From Monocercomonoides exilis PA203 (taxonomy: Eukaryota > Protista > Preaxostyla): a DNA stretch of 64,000 nucleotides. The position numbers and the translations under genes were made by a program. The notes under the pieces are model-generated. The model saw nothing but the letters and a program-made list of their open reading frames with translations. It was not told the DNA's origin and did not search any database. The stretch lies in contig LSRY02000016.1 of the NCBI GenBank assembly GCA_001643675.2, forward strand, positions 1,364,001 through 1,428,000. The letters are read 5' to 3'. Shown here piece after piece: positions 48,073 to 61,249 of the stretch (the stretch's first letter is position 1; each line of letters opens with the position of its first letter).

Positions 48073-49684
48073 TCCCGATTAAAAACAACACTTACCTGGA
48101 TTGTGCTCCTTCAATGTCGCGTGTGTTGAGATATCCGTCAGACGGGCGAGAAGGCAGATACACTCTCACTTTTGGATCTTCTGCTCCATTTCGACTTGCA
48201 CCTGTGAAATAATTTGGATTTGGTAAAGGTTAGAGAGAGAAAGAGAAAGAGAAAGAGAAAGAGAAAGAGAAATATTAAAATTAGTTTAAATGATCTTGAG
48301 AAAGGAGAGGGGAAATGAACCTGGGATATCCTGAGTCATCAAGTTGAACATTGGCGCTTCTCGCAACTTTTGATGCAGAACACGAGGATGGCTTTTGTCA
48401 ATATCTCCTATTCAATGGGAAAAAAAAATATTGTTATCAATATCGCATTTCATCAGATTATTGAACACATTGAAAAGAAAATTTATAAATCAAACCAACA
48501 ACTTCAACTGGGGTTCCGCCAAAAGACCGCTCGGCTGGTGCAGCCTCAAAACAAGGAAGCGTGTGTCTGTTTGTCGGAGATGATATTTGAAGACGATGAA
48601 CGATTTAATGAAGAGAACAAGTTTGTCGAAGGAAGAAGAAGAAAAATAATAACAAAGTAATATTATTTGGATATTTTAAATTAAATAATAAAAAATGAAG
48701 AATTCATACTCGAGTTTTGATGGTGCAATTATATAATGAGGATTTAGAGGATCTGTCGGAGTCCTTTGCATTTTTTTCTTATCATTTATATCATCGCAGT
48801 TTATTGGATCTCGAATTTGTTTCCTGAAATAATTGAACGAGTAATTTCAAGGAAGATACAAACAAGATATATGATATATTATTAAAAAAAATACTAAATG
48901 TCAAACTTGATTCGTTCTTTAAAACCTTGCTTTGCGATATCTGACACATCCAATATACCCTCTCGTATTGGCTTTCCTGTTTGAATGACAGGTCTTGTTT
49001 TTGTACCTTCAATGTCATTGACACTAATGTTATCCCTGAGAAAAGGTGGCGGAGTCTAAAATTTCGGAAAATTTTAAAAAAATATACAAAAATATTTGGA
49101 AGACGAGCAAACAATTGGTCGAGGTTGAACCTGAGGAAGGAGATATCGTGGTTGAAGTGGATCCACAATACCTGTTCAATAAAAATAAATTGAAACAAAT
49201 TTAATTTTGCTGAAAAACGCTTCGAGAAATAAAATATTTCAAACGAGTTGTGTGAAATGCCAAAGATTTCGGGTGAGTTCCCTATAAATTATTGAAAAAA
49301 AATAAAACATTTACATTTTTGTGATACATAAAAATATCTTCTTCCTTACCTCTATGTCTGAGCAATCCAATGACGAATCATGTGGAAGACTTCGATTGAT
49401 TGTAAGTGGCTTTGGATGAGTCCCTTCATAAGAATCATAATCAACAGGAGGTCGATTAAATCTTAATGGTGGTGTTGGTTTTGTTCCTATGAACAGTAAT
49501 AAATTATGCATTCGCTAAAATACCACAAAAATGTTAACAAACCTTGTATATCTCCTATGTCAAGAATTGTTGATCCAAACTCTCTAGAACGAAGCGCAGA
49601 ACGTTTCTTTCCGGCTTGTTGAATTGTAAATAAAGTAGTTTCCCCTCTTCTCTGAGTAAAAGGAACTTCGTCTTCGTCGATCAT
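46408..49684 (-). CDS. Uncharacterised intron-rich protein with repeated DIxG and PLNPxY/NPVDPxY-type motifs
   Basis: Spliced segments LDIGDIQG, LDCSDIEG, DPLNPHY, DIDKSHP, LMTQDIPG, LNTRDIEGAQS and TNPVDPDY; last exon EQLMEDIATIRALT ends at TGA 46408-46410. Confidence 0.7.
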
Positions 49685-49794
49685 GTTAAAACGGGACCCA
49701 TATTTAGTTTTTGGGAAATCTTAAGAAAAAGCACCCTTTATAAGATAATCTTTGTGAGATTGAAGCTTTGTTTTTTAGTGGTCCATTAATTGTT

Positions 49795-50677
49795 ATGACA
49801 ACATCATTGCAGGCGCTTAATAGCATACATTCAAGAAGGATTCACGTGCATAGTAGCAACACTTTGTTTGTGCTTTCTTTCATTTTTATATTGACACATA
49901 GATATTTATTTCCTTTTTTCATATTGATTGAATTTATGCTTTGTTTTTGTGTTATTTAGCGTTAACGATGAGCAAGCGTCTCAATTGATGCAAACTTCTC
50001 AATATTCTTTGCCTTCCGCCTGCCAGACTGTGGATAAATACATTGACACGATAAAAAAGAAACCTGCATGCTATCAGCAAATAAAAACATCTCACATTCC
50101 TCGTCAGCCATCTTCGTCAGGATATACATCACCATTCATTGCAAGCGCATGTTTGGTTGATGAAGAAGCAATCCTTCAGATTTCAAGATGGATAACAGAG
50201 CAAATGCTTATTTATGTTCCAGAACTTTTTTCTGAAACTTCAATCACAAGAAATTCGAGGGCGTTTACGTCGATGATTTATAAAGTGAAGAATTTTATTT
50301 TTTCAATTAGAAATGTTGTTGGACTTTTATATTCGGAAACTATTCATCTGGCTGCTTTGGTTCAGGATTTACTCCGTACAGAGCAGATATCACGCAAAGA
50401 TGGATGGACTGGAGTTGTTTCAAATGAATCTTTGGGGACTCTTCTTCTTTGTGCGATGATAGTTACATTTAAAGTTGATCGAGATCATGTTGTGAAAAAT
50501 AGCTGGTGGGCCAAAGCTATGGGAATTCCGACAGAAGTGGTGACCCAGTCGGAAAGGATCTTCTTGAATCGTATCGACTATAGAGTTCATTTAACGTCCC
50601 AGCACTTCCTGGAGGTGTGGGATGATATTTTGAAGTATAATCAGTTAGTTCAGCAAGACGAGCCGTCTGCTGCCTGA
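49795..50677 (+). CDS. Pho80/Pcl-type cyclin (cyclin-box protein)
   Basis: LGTLLLCAMIVTFKVDRDHVVKNSWWAKAMGIPTEVVTQSERIFLNRIDYRVHLT matches the Pho80/Pcl cyclin box; one intron at about 49866-49959. Confidence 0.78.
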
Positions 50678-51697
50678 TGGATGCACGCACATATCGGAAT
50701 CTTACAAAGAAATATATTTATTGATATATAAGCTTATATGTATATATATATATTTCCAGATAGTTTATATGTTATGGTATACGCTGTCTTTTATTCTAAA
50801 TGTATTATTGCCTCTGAATCTAACACCTAATCAAGCTTCAGACTTGTGTATTGCTTATTATTGTGTTGTAAGTATTGCAATTTGTTTTATTTTTATTCTT
50901 TTATTTTCTTATAAAAGTCTTTGATTCCACCTGTTTGAAAGCATATTTCGTTTGTCTAACCATGAAGCATATGATGCAATTTATCCATTCTGTTATTAAT
51001 GCATTATTTAAGCAGTGATTGCTGTTCAGAGAACAATTCTTATTTTGATTTTCTGCAGAGCTGATCATTCTAATGCTTCGGGTTGACAATAATTGCCTCA
51101 CTGTTATTTTGCTTTGATCTTTTCTTATTTTCTTATCTTTTTTTAAAAAATTTTTTATTATTCATAATTATTGTGGCATTCTGCACTGAGTTACTTTTCG
51201 TTATTATTATTTGTGTTTTTATTGAGTTTTTTTATGGTTTGTTTCCTTATTTTCTTTTTTGTTTGGTTTTGACGGATGCCTGTAAATAAGCAAATCATCT
51301 GTCCCAGCATTTTATTTAATTATTTTTTGTTTTGATCAAAAATATATGTTTTTCTTTATATTTTATCGCATATTGAAAAGAAAATGGAGAATGTATCAAC
51401 TTTTGAACAAAAAGGGAAAAAAGTGTGCAATAAAACATGCAGATATACAATGGCTCTATACAAAAGCACTGATTGCTCAAACACAGAATATAATAGAAGG
51501 GTAAGTAACTTAAAGACTTGAAAAGGAATAATAACTACAATAATAACAAGACAATAAATAAACATTTATATTTTAACATAAAAATAAATAAATAAATAAA
51601 TAAATTATTCCAAGAGAGTTATTCAAAAACAATTGTTAGAGTGCAATGCAAAATAAAAAATAAACCCAAAACTATCTGCGAAAAAAAACCATTAATC

Positions 51698-54600
51698 TCA
51701 GCTTGACGTCTTCTGATAGCGTTGAATCATCGACTGCACCGTTCCCTTTGCAACAGACGAAGAGCTGTTTTCCTCTTGTTTCTCATTCGATGCATCCGAA
51801 GCCTGTGGCGCAGCAGCCGCGTTGCTTGGCAATGCTGCATTTGGCGCAGAAGACGCTTTGAGAGGCGCAGGAATCGGAGGAGGGGAATTTTTCGGGGGCG
51901 ACGGGAGGGTTTTTGCGAGGTCGCTGCCGGCAAAACGGGATAATGAGGAAGCAATTGTGGGTGGCGGTTTAATTTCTATGTTTTTGCCAGACGAAGAAGA
52001 AATAGAAGAAGAAGAAGAAGAAGATGTTGATGATGATGATGAAAAAGGAGCAGGAACAGAAGCTGTGTGGCGATGAAGAAATAATTTACGTGGTTCTGCT
52101 GGCTTCCCCTTTGAATCATTTGAGAATGAAGAAGAAGAAGAAGAAGAAGAAGAAGAAGAAGAAGAAGAAGAAGAAGAAGAAGAATTGCTTGGAACAGTCA
52201 TTGTTTGGCGTATTGCTGGTGACGTTGCATTCATCTTCATATTATAAACAGAAACAGAAGAAGAAGAAGAAGAAGAAGAAATAGAAAAACGATTAGAAAT
52301 TTGAGTATTTTGAGCCATTGGCTGGCTTTGACTGTTTTGAGCATTCACATTGCTTGTATTTATTTGACTTCCTTGATTCACTTGATTCACTTGACTCGCT
52401 TGACTCACCTGATTTCCTTGATTTCCTTGACTCACTTGCCCTATTTGACAACTCCCATTGTTCTGACCCCCTTTCCCTTCACATCCCGCATTCATTCCAA
52501 ACATCATCTGCTCTTCTTCGCCTGCTGTGTCGTATTCCACCGAATTCCAGTCGATTTCGAAGTGGCTCAGAAGCCGCTGCCAAAGACGAGGTTTGACAGG
52601 GGGAATGAAAGGGTTGGCGAGGAAAGGGGAGAAAGGGTTGCGCCAGGAAGAGCGGGGGGAGAAGAGAGAAGAGGAAGAGGAAGAAGAAGGAGGAGAAGAA
52701 GAAGAGGAAGAAGAAGGGGAAAGGGAAGATTGAGAAGAAGAAGAAGGAGAAGAAGAAGAAGAATTAACTGCATGTTCAGCTGCATCTGCTGAAGACAGCT
52801 TCATCTTTGGAGTTGATTGCGGCGTGGAAACAGGCGAATTAAAAGGCGATTTTTTGAGTGAGCTTCTTTTGATGTTTGTATCTTCATTCAAAAGAGATTG
52901 GGAAGTGTGATGTTCGGGGGAAGAGGAAGAAGAAGAAGAGGAGGAGGATGAGGATGAAAGAGAAGAGGAAGAAGAGGAAGGAGAAAGAGAAGAAGAAGAA
53001 GAAGATGATGATGATGATGATGATGATGAAGATGAAGATATTGCTTCCACCTTCTTCTCTTTTCCTTCTTCCCCTCCTTTCCTTTCTTTCCTTTCTTTCT
53101 CTTCTTCTCTTTCTCTTCTTTCTCTCTCTTCTTTCTCTTCTTCTCTTTCCTCTTTCCCTCCTCCTCCTCCTCCTCCTCCTTCTCTCTTCTGCCCTGTCTT
53201 CATCGTGTGTTGAGAGCGAGACGAGTAAATTTTGATCATGTCTGCAACAGACAAAGGCTTTTCGGTGATAATCGAAGAATCGCTTGTGGAAGAAGAAGAA
53301 GAAGAAGAAGAAGAGGGAGAAGAAGAAGAAGAAGAGGGAGAAGAAGAAGAAGAAGAAGCAGAAGAAGAAGAAGCAGATGATGATGATGAAGAGGAAGGAT
53401 GGTGAGGGGGAGGAGGAGGAGCAGTGAACTTACGAAGAGGAGAAGATTGAGATTGAGATTGTGGTTGGAGTTGGGCTTGAGAGTGAGAATGAAGTGGAGA
53501 GGAAGAAGGAGAAGAGGAAGAGGAAGAGGAAGAGGAAGAGGAAGAGGAAGAGGAAGAGGAAGAGGAAGAGGAAGAAATAGAAGAAAAATGAGAAGGAGAA
53601 GAGGAGGAGGAAGAAGAGGAGGAAGAAGAGGAGGACGATAAAGATGATGATGATGATGATGATGATGATTGTGGTGAATTTGTGTGTGTTTGTGTGGAGT
53701 TTGAGGAAAGTGAATGTGAATGGTGTGAAATGACTGAGAAAGCAGAAGAGGGAAGAGGAGGATGAGAAGAGGAAGAGGAAGAGGAAGAGGAAGAGGAAGA
53801 GGAAGAGGAAGAGGAAGAGGAAGAGGAGGAGGAGGAGGAGGAGGAGGATGAAAGAGAAGAAGAAGAAGATGATGATGATGAATTAGAAGAAGAAGAAGCA
53901 GAAGCAGAAGAAGTCGATAAATTCTGATTTCTGCTCGCCCTCTTCTGTTTAATTCCCATTTTGTTGTGTTCTTCGCTGATGGAATGATAAAGTGTGGTCA
54001 AAATGTCTTCTCTTGCAGCTTCCGTTTCGCATCCAAAGAGAAATGTTTTGCGAGGAAAAAAAATAAAAAAAAAGAATTTCCCTTCGATTGCACCGACTTC
54101 GAAGGGAGGTTGCGGAGGAACAGGGATGGAAGAGAAAGGATTGGGGGTTGGTTGGGTGGTAGGGGAAGAGGAGGAGGAAGAGGAGGAGGAAGAGGAAGAA
54201 GAAAGAAAAGGAGAAGGAGAAGAAGAATTTGATGATAAAGAAGAAGAAGGAGAGGGAGAAGAAGAAGAAAGCAATGAATTCTGGTTCCCTTGTGTCTGCA
54301 ATCCAGCACCCGGATTCAACTGCAGCTGGCAATTTGACTGTTCATTGTGATGATTGCACTGCTGACTTGAAGGCACAGCCATTATTTCGATGTGGCTGAG
54401 GTAGTCGCTGAACTTGATGTCGAGCTTGTTTGTGATGAAGTTTGACGACGCCACCATCAGAAAGTCCGAAAAGACGATGATTTTGCGCTTGGCAAAGGAA
54501 GAACGGCTCACTTTTGTAACTTCTCTTTCCATGATGAAATAGCGAGCAGGCGAAACTAACTGCAAGTTGCTCTGCACAAGTCGAGATTGGATCTCCACCA

Positions 54601-55458
54601 CTTTGTCCAGGTTCTCCTTCCGCTTGATGGAGTCGTTGATGAACATCGACGTCTCGCTCATCAGCTCGCACGCAGAAACAAGATCAGCATAGTCCGGGTG
54701 GCTCGGCAGCGTCACTTTCTTCAGGTCTTTTAGAAGAAGATTGTATACAGATATTCGCTGCACTGGTTTGACGAGGTATGCTTCAAGGGAAAGCCCGGGG
54801 AATTCGGTGATTGAATCTTCTGCTGATTTGATGAATGTTGCGAATGGTTGATTTTGAGATAATAGCGTCTGCAAGGTCTTTTGCGAGCTTGAATGCTTTT
54901 GGCAATACTCTGTGTAACACTTTAAAAAGTGTGACTAATACACAAAATTTTTATATGATATAAATGAAATAAAAGAGTCACTTTGCTAAGTCGAAAATCG
55001 CATACGTATGATGAAAAGTACTTTCCAAATTGTTGCTCCCAAGGGTTGTTTTCAAATGTCTTAGCAAGATCAGTTAGAATAGCCACGTGGACATTTCTAA
55101 TTGATTGTATGTTAATAAATATAGTGCTTATATCATTTTGAGTGATGTTCATTGTCTCTTCTTTCGCAAATTTCATCAACGGGAAAATAAAACACTGAAT
55201 CAAAAAACCATGTAAAAGGGATTAAAATATTCATATTTAGAATTCATATGGAATTACATATAAATGAATAATGAATACCTTTATGCATGTGCTTAATGCA
55301 TTTACATATACACGTTCAGTGTCAACAATTTCTTTCGCGGTATTTTGTCTCTGCTTTAGCTTTGAAATAAAACGAAATATAGTTGTTCTAAATCGATATG
55401 CTTTCCAGAATCGTTGAATGCGAAGAGAAGCAGCATCTTCAGTAAGCTTTGGCGGCAT
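51698..55458 (-). CDS. IQ-motif plus DH-PH RhoGEF with a very long poly-Ser C-terminal region
   Basis: IQ motif (LRIQRFWKAYRFR); DH domain (AKEIVDTERVYV; LEAYLVKPVQRISVYNLLLKDLKKVTLPSHPDY); PH domain (RYFIMERE...RKIIVFSDFL). Confidence 0.9.
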
Positions 55459-55727
55459 TAGCCACTTTGACTTTTTAGTATTTCTTTAATGGATATTGAT
55501 CAAATTTTCATAAATTTTTAAATTTTTAAGCAAATACGTCCTTTAATTGCAATCAGTTGAATATTTGCAATAAATGAATAAAAATGAGATGCATATTCAT
55601 TTACGCTAAAAAAAAGCATAACCAAAGACATTTTTCAAAAAATGCTTGAAGATTCTTCAAGCAAGATGTATAGATAAATAATTGTAATGCTAATAAAATA
55701 CACATAATGCGATAGACAAGCAGGATA

Positions 55728-56334
55728 TCAATAGTGCCGAATGGAGGAGGAGTGTGGATGGAGCGGGATGGAAGAGGAGGAAGTGGTTGGTGTGGTGCGT
55801 GGCTGGGCAGAGCCCGTATATGCAGAGTGGCGAGATGAATAAGAGGGAGAAGAAGATGATGATGATGAAGGCAAGAAAGAAAAAGGTGAAGAATATGGCT
55901 GCTGCGCGGTTCGAACCGGCATCGCTGAAGAGCGGCCAGATGAGACAGTAGAAGAAGAAGAAAAGTGAGAAGAAAGAGGAGAGGAAAGAGATGAAGACGA
56001 ACGGAAAGAAGAAGAAGAAGAAGACGAGGAAGAGGAAGAAGAAGACAAAGAAGGAGAAGAGGAAGAGGAAGAGGAAGAAGAAGAAGAAGAAGAAGCAGTA
56101 TGCCGCATGTGATGTTTCATAGGGCCTCTGAGAGGAGAAGGGTGTGGATCGATCACAGGAGAAGATTCAGAAGAGGAAGGCTTGGCATATGATGGGGTTA
56201 GATGGCGGATTGGGGTGGAGACAGAAGAAGAAGGAGGAGGAGAAAGAGAAGGAGAAGATGATGTGGAAGAACGTGTGCCCAGACGATGGGGTGTGACCGA
56301 AGGGATGGTCCGTTGAATGGAAGAAGAAGAAGAA

Positions 56335-56368
<34 letters not shown>

Positions 56369-57343
56369 TTGAAGGGGAGACAGAACTGCTGATGGATGAA
56401 GAATACAACGAGCCAGAGGAAGACAGATGAGAACGAGTGGGAGTTGCCATATCTCTTTCTCTTTCTCTTTCTCTTTCTCTCATCTTCTCATCCTCTTTAG
56501 CTTTTCCTCTTTCTCTTTCCCTTTCCCTTTCCCTTTCCCTTTCCCTTTCCTTTCGTTCCCTCTCCCTCTCTTTCTCCTTCTCTCTCCCCATCGCCCTCAA
56601 TCTCGGCTCCATCCTCGCCAGAAACGCCTGCTGCTGCCCAATCACAGAGCCCGGCCGGCAAACTCTTAAAAATCCGATAGCTTCAGAAGAAGTGAAGCCA
56701 AAGTGGAGCATCATGTGGCAGGCAATGAGAGTGCCTGTGCGGCCGAGACCGGCTTTGCAGTGCACGGCGAGGATGGCTGGAGGGGAGGGGAGGGGAGGGG
56801 AGGGAGGAGGGGAGGGAGGAGGTGAGGGAGGAGGTGAGGGGGTGAGGGAATGAATAAGTGAGTAAGGGAGGGGGTGAGTGTGTGGGTGGGTGGGCGAAGG
56901 AGGGAATTAATAAGCGAGTGGGGGAGTAAGTAAGTGGATGAATTGAAGGGGTGGATGAATAAGTGAGTGGAGATTGAGATTGGGATTGAGATTGGGATAT
57001 GGTTGAAAGAGGAAAAAGTGAAAAAAAAACAATAAAAAAATAAAAAAATAAAAAAAGGAGTTAAGAAGGGAGTGAAAGTTTAATGAGTAAATGGGAAAAT
57101 TGCGAATTATAAAGAAGAAGAAATTAAAATTTAATAAATAAAACAAAATAAAGAAAGAAAGAAAGAAATTATTTTGAATATTTAATTATAAAATAAAAAA
57201 ATAAAATAAAATAACTTGAAATTTTTAACAGCAATCCATATATCTTCTTTTCCCTCTTCCCTCCCCGACCCCTCTCCACACACACATACACACATACACA
57301 CATACACACACATACACACACACACATACATACATACATACAT

Positions 57344-57391
<48 letters not shown>

Positions 57392-58731
57392 TCCTTCTCA
57401 GTGATCGACAGAAATTTATTCACAATATCATCTGTAGGAACACCACCATCAGGGAAATACAAGTCGTAATGATGGATTCCTCTTTCGGTGAACCGCCTCT
57501 TGTCATACATACGCTTGTTCAGCCGGACAACAGCCGTGACGCCTTGCTTCTTGAAGTAGGGGACATAGAATTCTTGTTTTGGTGGAGGGAAGGAAGGAAG
57601 AGAAGAGAAGAGAAGAGAAGAGAAATAAATAAATAAATAAATAAATAAAGAAAGAAAGAAAGAAAGAAAGCGAGTAAGCGAGCGAGTGATAGAAAGAGAA
57701 AGATAGACAGATGGAAGGAAAAAGAGAAAGAGAAATAAATGTGAAAATGTTAAGTTGAAATTATTTATTTTTTATAAACAATTTAAAAACAAAATAAAAG
57801 TTGATTCAAATAAAAATAAAATAAAATAATAAGTTAATCATTCAAATACCTGGTGTGTGCGTGCATATCCCATTGTCTTCATTCACTTCTGTGTTCGAAG
57901 GCCCAGAAAACGCCAGAAACTTGCCTGGAACAATCCAATTCAAATCTCCGTTTTCAACTTTCTCAAAGTGCTCGTATTCTTCCATGTCGAATGCCCCTGA
58001 CGCTTCCAGCTGCTCTTTGCTTGCGTCAGTGCTTTGTGGGCAGCCGAAGTTGATGAAACCACATCTGCGCGCTTTTGCTATACCCTTTGTGATGTCCAGA
58101 ACAGAAAGACCAAATGTAGACGGCCCATAGGATGCATCGCGAAATGGAGGAAGTGGTGGATACATTCCCAAAAATGGCCGAAACGCTTCGTCTGGTGTTC
58201 GATTCAAATAAAGCACACAAAAGCAGCATACAAGACAAATAGAGTTAGCTTTGAAGCATCCGTTTGTAGACGAATAATAATACAGCTTTTTGCGAGCCGC
58301 AGAGCATTGCTTTAAAAATTTTTAAAAATATGAGTATTAAAAAAATATATCTCGCAAAATAATGTCAAACAGAAAGATAATCATCCGTGGCACAGCAAAA
58401 TCTATACAGGCAAGCAAGGCTCAGTGGGCCAAAATCAGATGAAAACGGATAATAAAGAAGTGTTTCATCAGTTGTGTAAAAAAAAGATGATGCTGTATTT
58501 TTCGGTGTGGTGCTCAATGCAACAAAGTAAAATTTATCTGATGCGTCAAAGTCATGAAGAAGTGAAAAATAAGAGGAATTTTTAAAATTATTAATTTTGA
58601 AAAAATGTTTTTGATTTTTAAAATGTATTCATTCAATAAAAAATTAAATATTTTTTATTATTATAAGTAAATAATGTTTAAATAAAACCTTTAATGATTT
58701 CAATTGATTTTGACAGCTCTGTTATTGACAT
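55728..58731 (-). CDS. CDC14: Cdc14 dual-specificity phosphatase
   Basis: [60 protein letters not shown], catalytic [11 protein letters not shown] and RPGSVIG; ATG at 58729-58731. Confidence 0.95.
57278..57389 (+). repeat. Compound (CA)n/(CATA)n microsatellite at the donor end of a Cdc14 intron
   Basis: Directly visible; on the gene strand the donor GT is the first unit of a (GT)n run. Confidence 0.9.
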
Positions 58732-59034
58732 AAGAGTTGCTGATGATCCTTAATAATCAAAAAAGGCTGCTGATGCGATCCTTAAAAAAAGAAGAAATTT
58801 TTTTGGATCAATAGATAGATAATAAACAAGATGTTTTCATAAGTTTATGAATTTTAAATTAAAATGCATATGTAAATAGTGAAGACCAACCTCGTTTTGA
58901 TTATAATAACAGAGAGAATGATGGGTGCAATAAATAATTAAATGGTACATGATCATAGAGTATTTATCAGAAGTATCACTTTTCAGAACATCTTTAAAAA
59001 TAAAAATCTTAACAATAAACAATCAAGGTCAGAG

Positions 59035-61249
59035 TCACTGAAAAACGGAATCAAATTGGCTTTTATTGATCTGAAAAAGACAATTTCGTAAAAATTCTTT
59101 TGGATGTTTGTCGTTTTCAACTATTGGAGAAAATGGAATCATAAGAGGAGGATTGGAATTCATTTCATCGATTAAATTTAATATCCTTTTCCATTTGAGT
59201 TCTGGGTCTTTCCCTTTCTTTCTTTCTCTTTTTTGTTTCCTTTGATTAAACATGGGATCAATGAAACGTGCCAAATATTCATTTTTGTCAAAGACAGATT
59301 GTGCGTATAGTTGCTCAGCTGACAAATGCGTAGCAAAAGAAAGGATGACACTGTGAGGCTGCGAATCTTCTTCCAAAAAGCAGTGCCCTGATAAAAATGA
59401 AGGAAGAGTGCTGTCAAAGGAAAGGCGCTTGGTATTATTTGAAGGTTGAAAGTCGAGCGAAGAAAATGTTAAGTCAACTAAATGTGAACCGGATTGATGT
59501 TTTGCTTGATGAAAATTTGAAGACGGATGGTTTGTGCAATTGAGTAGAGAATGGCTATCAGAAGTGGTTTCTTCATTCAAGATAAATGACTGATTTGTTT
59601 CAGGTATTAAAAGAGAATTCGATTTATATGAACTGTTTTTAAGATGTAATGGATGTTGAGTTGACATTTCATTTGGAGCAAAAAGAACCGAATGCAAATA
59701 AGAAGGACAAAGTGAAGCCTTTCCAGTTGGAGATTGAGTGTCCGTGCAAAAAGGAAAAACCGTCTCGTTTTTCTCAGCAGAGGAAAAACTGAAAGAACGT
59801 GTTTGGGATTGCTTTGGCTGTGGAGATGTTTGAATGTTCCTCGAATGGCTAGCCGGTGCAGCTGCATTGAACACAAATCTTTTCATCTCAAAGAACCTTC
59901 CACTTTCTTTCTCATTTTTTCCTTCGTTGCCTTTGCTCCTCTCTGCAATCGCTTCCTCAAAGCGCTCAATCCCCGTCATTTCGCTTTTCTTCGCCTCTTC
60001 TTCCAACTCTTTTTCCTTCCTTTCAATTGCCTTTTCCAGCCTTCTCTGCTCTTCAGGCAAAGCCCCAGCCTCTTGTGCTTCAATAAGCATGCTCTTCATC
60101 TCCTCCAATGTTTGTCTTTCCTTTCCTGTTCCTTCCTTCTCATCATCGCTGTTCTGTTCTGCCTCATCCCACATCTTCCCTTCCAATTCGTCTGTTATCC
60201 ATGGCTTTCGCACCCAAACACCAAACAAATCGCGAAACCGCCTTGCCTCTGTTATCTGCTTCCTGATGATGCTGAGGCGCTTCTGCTCGTGTTTTTTCAA
60301 ATCAAATGAAGAGAAGGATTCCTGCTGAATGCATTTATTTTCTTTGATCAAAGAAGACACTTGAGGTTTGAGAGTGTTTTGTTCTTTATCATCCTTTTCC
60401 CATCCCATAATAAGGTTCACTTTCTGATATTCAATTACATCAGCTTCTCTGTTTTCATTCACAATAGCATCACTTACTGAAGAATTGAGCTCTTTTTGTG
60501 AATCAATCGAAAAGGTAATTTTTGGATGCTTATATTTTTGATGAAATTCGCAAGCAACTTTTATGTCAGAAGCCTGCATTTGAAACAAAGGAAAGAGTTC
60601 GCTTAAGCTCATGTTGCTACTAATTGTATCCATAGTAGGTCTCACTGTGCTATGTCTTTTTTCATTAAAAGGCATGCATGACGATGAGAAAAATGGAAAT
60701 GATCTTTCACTCCTGCCTTCTTCAGAATCGTAAGAATTTGCACATTTTGTTTGAAGAGAAGATTGTACGCAAATTGAAGGAACTGTAATTTTTTTACCAG
60801 TAGTTCCATAACAGGATTCCTTCGCGCGTTCTTGTAGTGAAAATGGAATGGATGAAATTGCACTTTGAGCGAATGATGAAATATGATCTTGTGATGTATC
60901 GGATAAAAGAGCATGGGAAATGAGATTAATAGAATTGTGAATCACTTCATTTGCTTCAAGCAATTTTGAGCAGCCTGAAGGATTAAGAAGGATTATTATT
61001 TTGGAAATTTTTGCGTGATCAGAAAAATATCAAGAAAAAAAATCAAAAGTTATTTTTAAAAAATGTGGTGAAAGCAATAAATATACATTCACTGCTTCTG
61101 TTGTTCTGTGAAGAATTGTATTTTCTTTCATTCAAATTCAAATAAGTATAATAACCTTTCTTCTCATAAAGCTTATCAAAAAAATTATTCATATTTAAAA
61201 ACGTTGCAATTATGCAAAAGTTAATATATACTTTCTCCGAGTTATGCAT
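59035..61249 (-). CDS. Hypothetical protein with a central charged coiled coil
   Basis: 642-aa open exon at 59035-60963 with coding-like composition; upstream exon(s) to about 61249 are inferred from splice signals. No recognisable domain. Confidence 0.6.

Noticed and set aside
49795-58731. Cyclin, RhoGEF and Cdc14 as a functional cell-cycle cluster
   Set aside because: Adjacency alone in a gene-dense eukaryote is weak evidence; no shared regulatory motif was seen.
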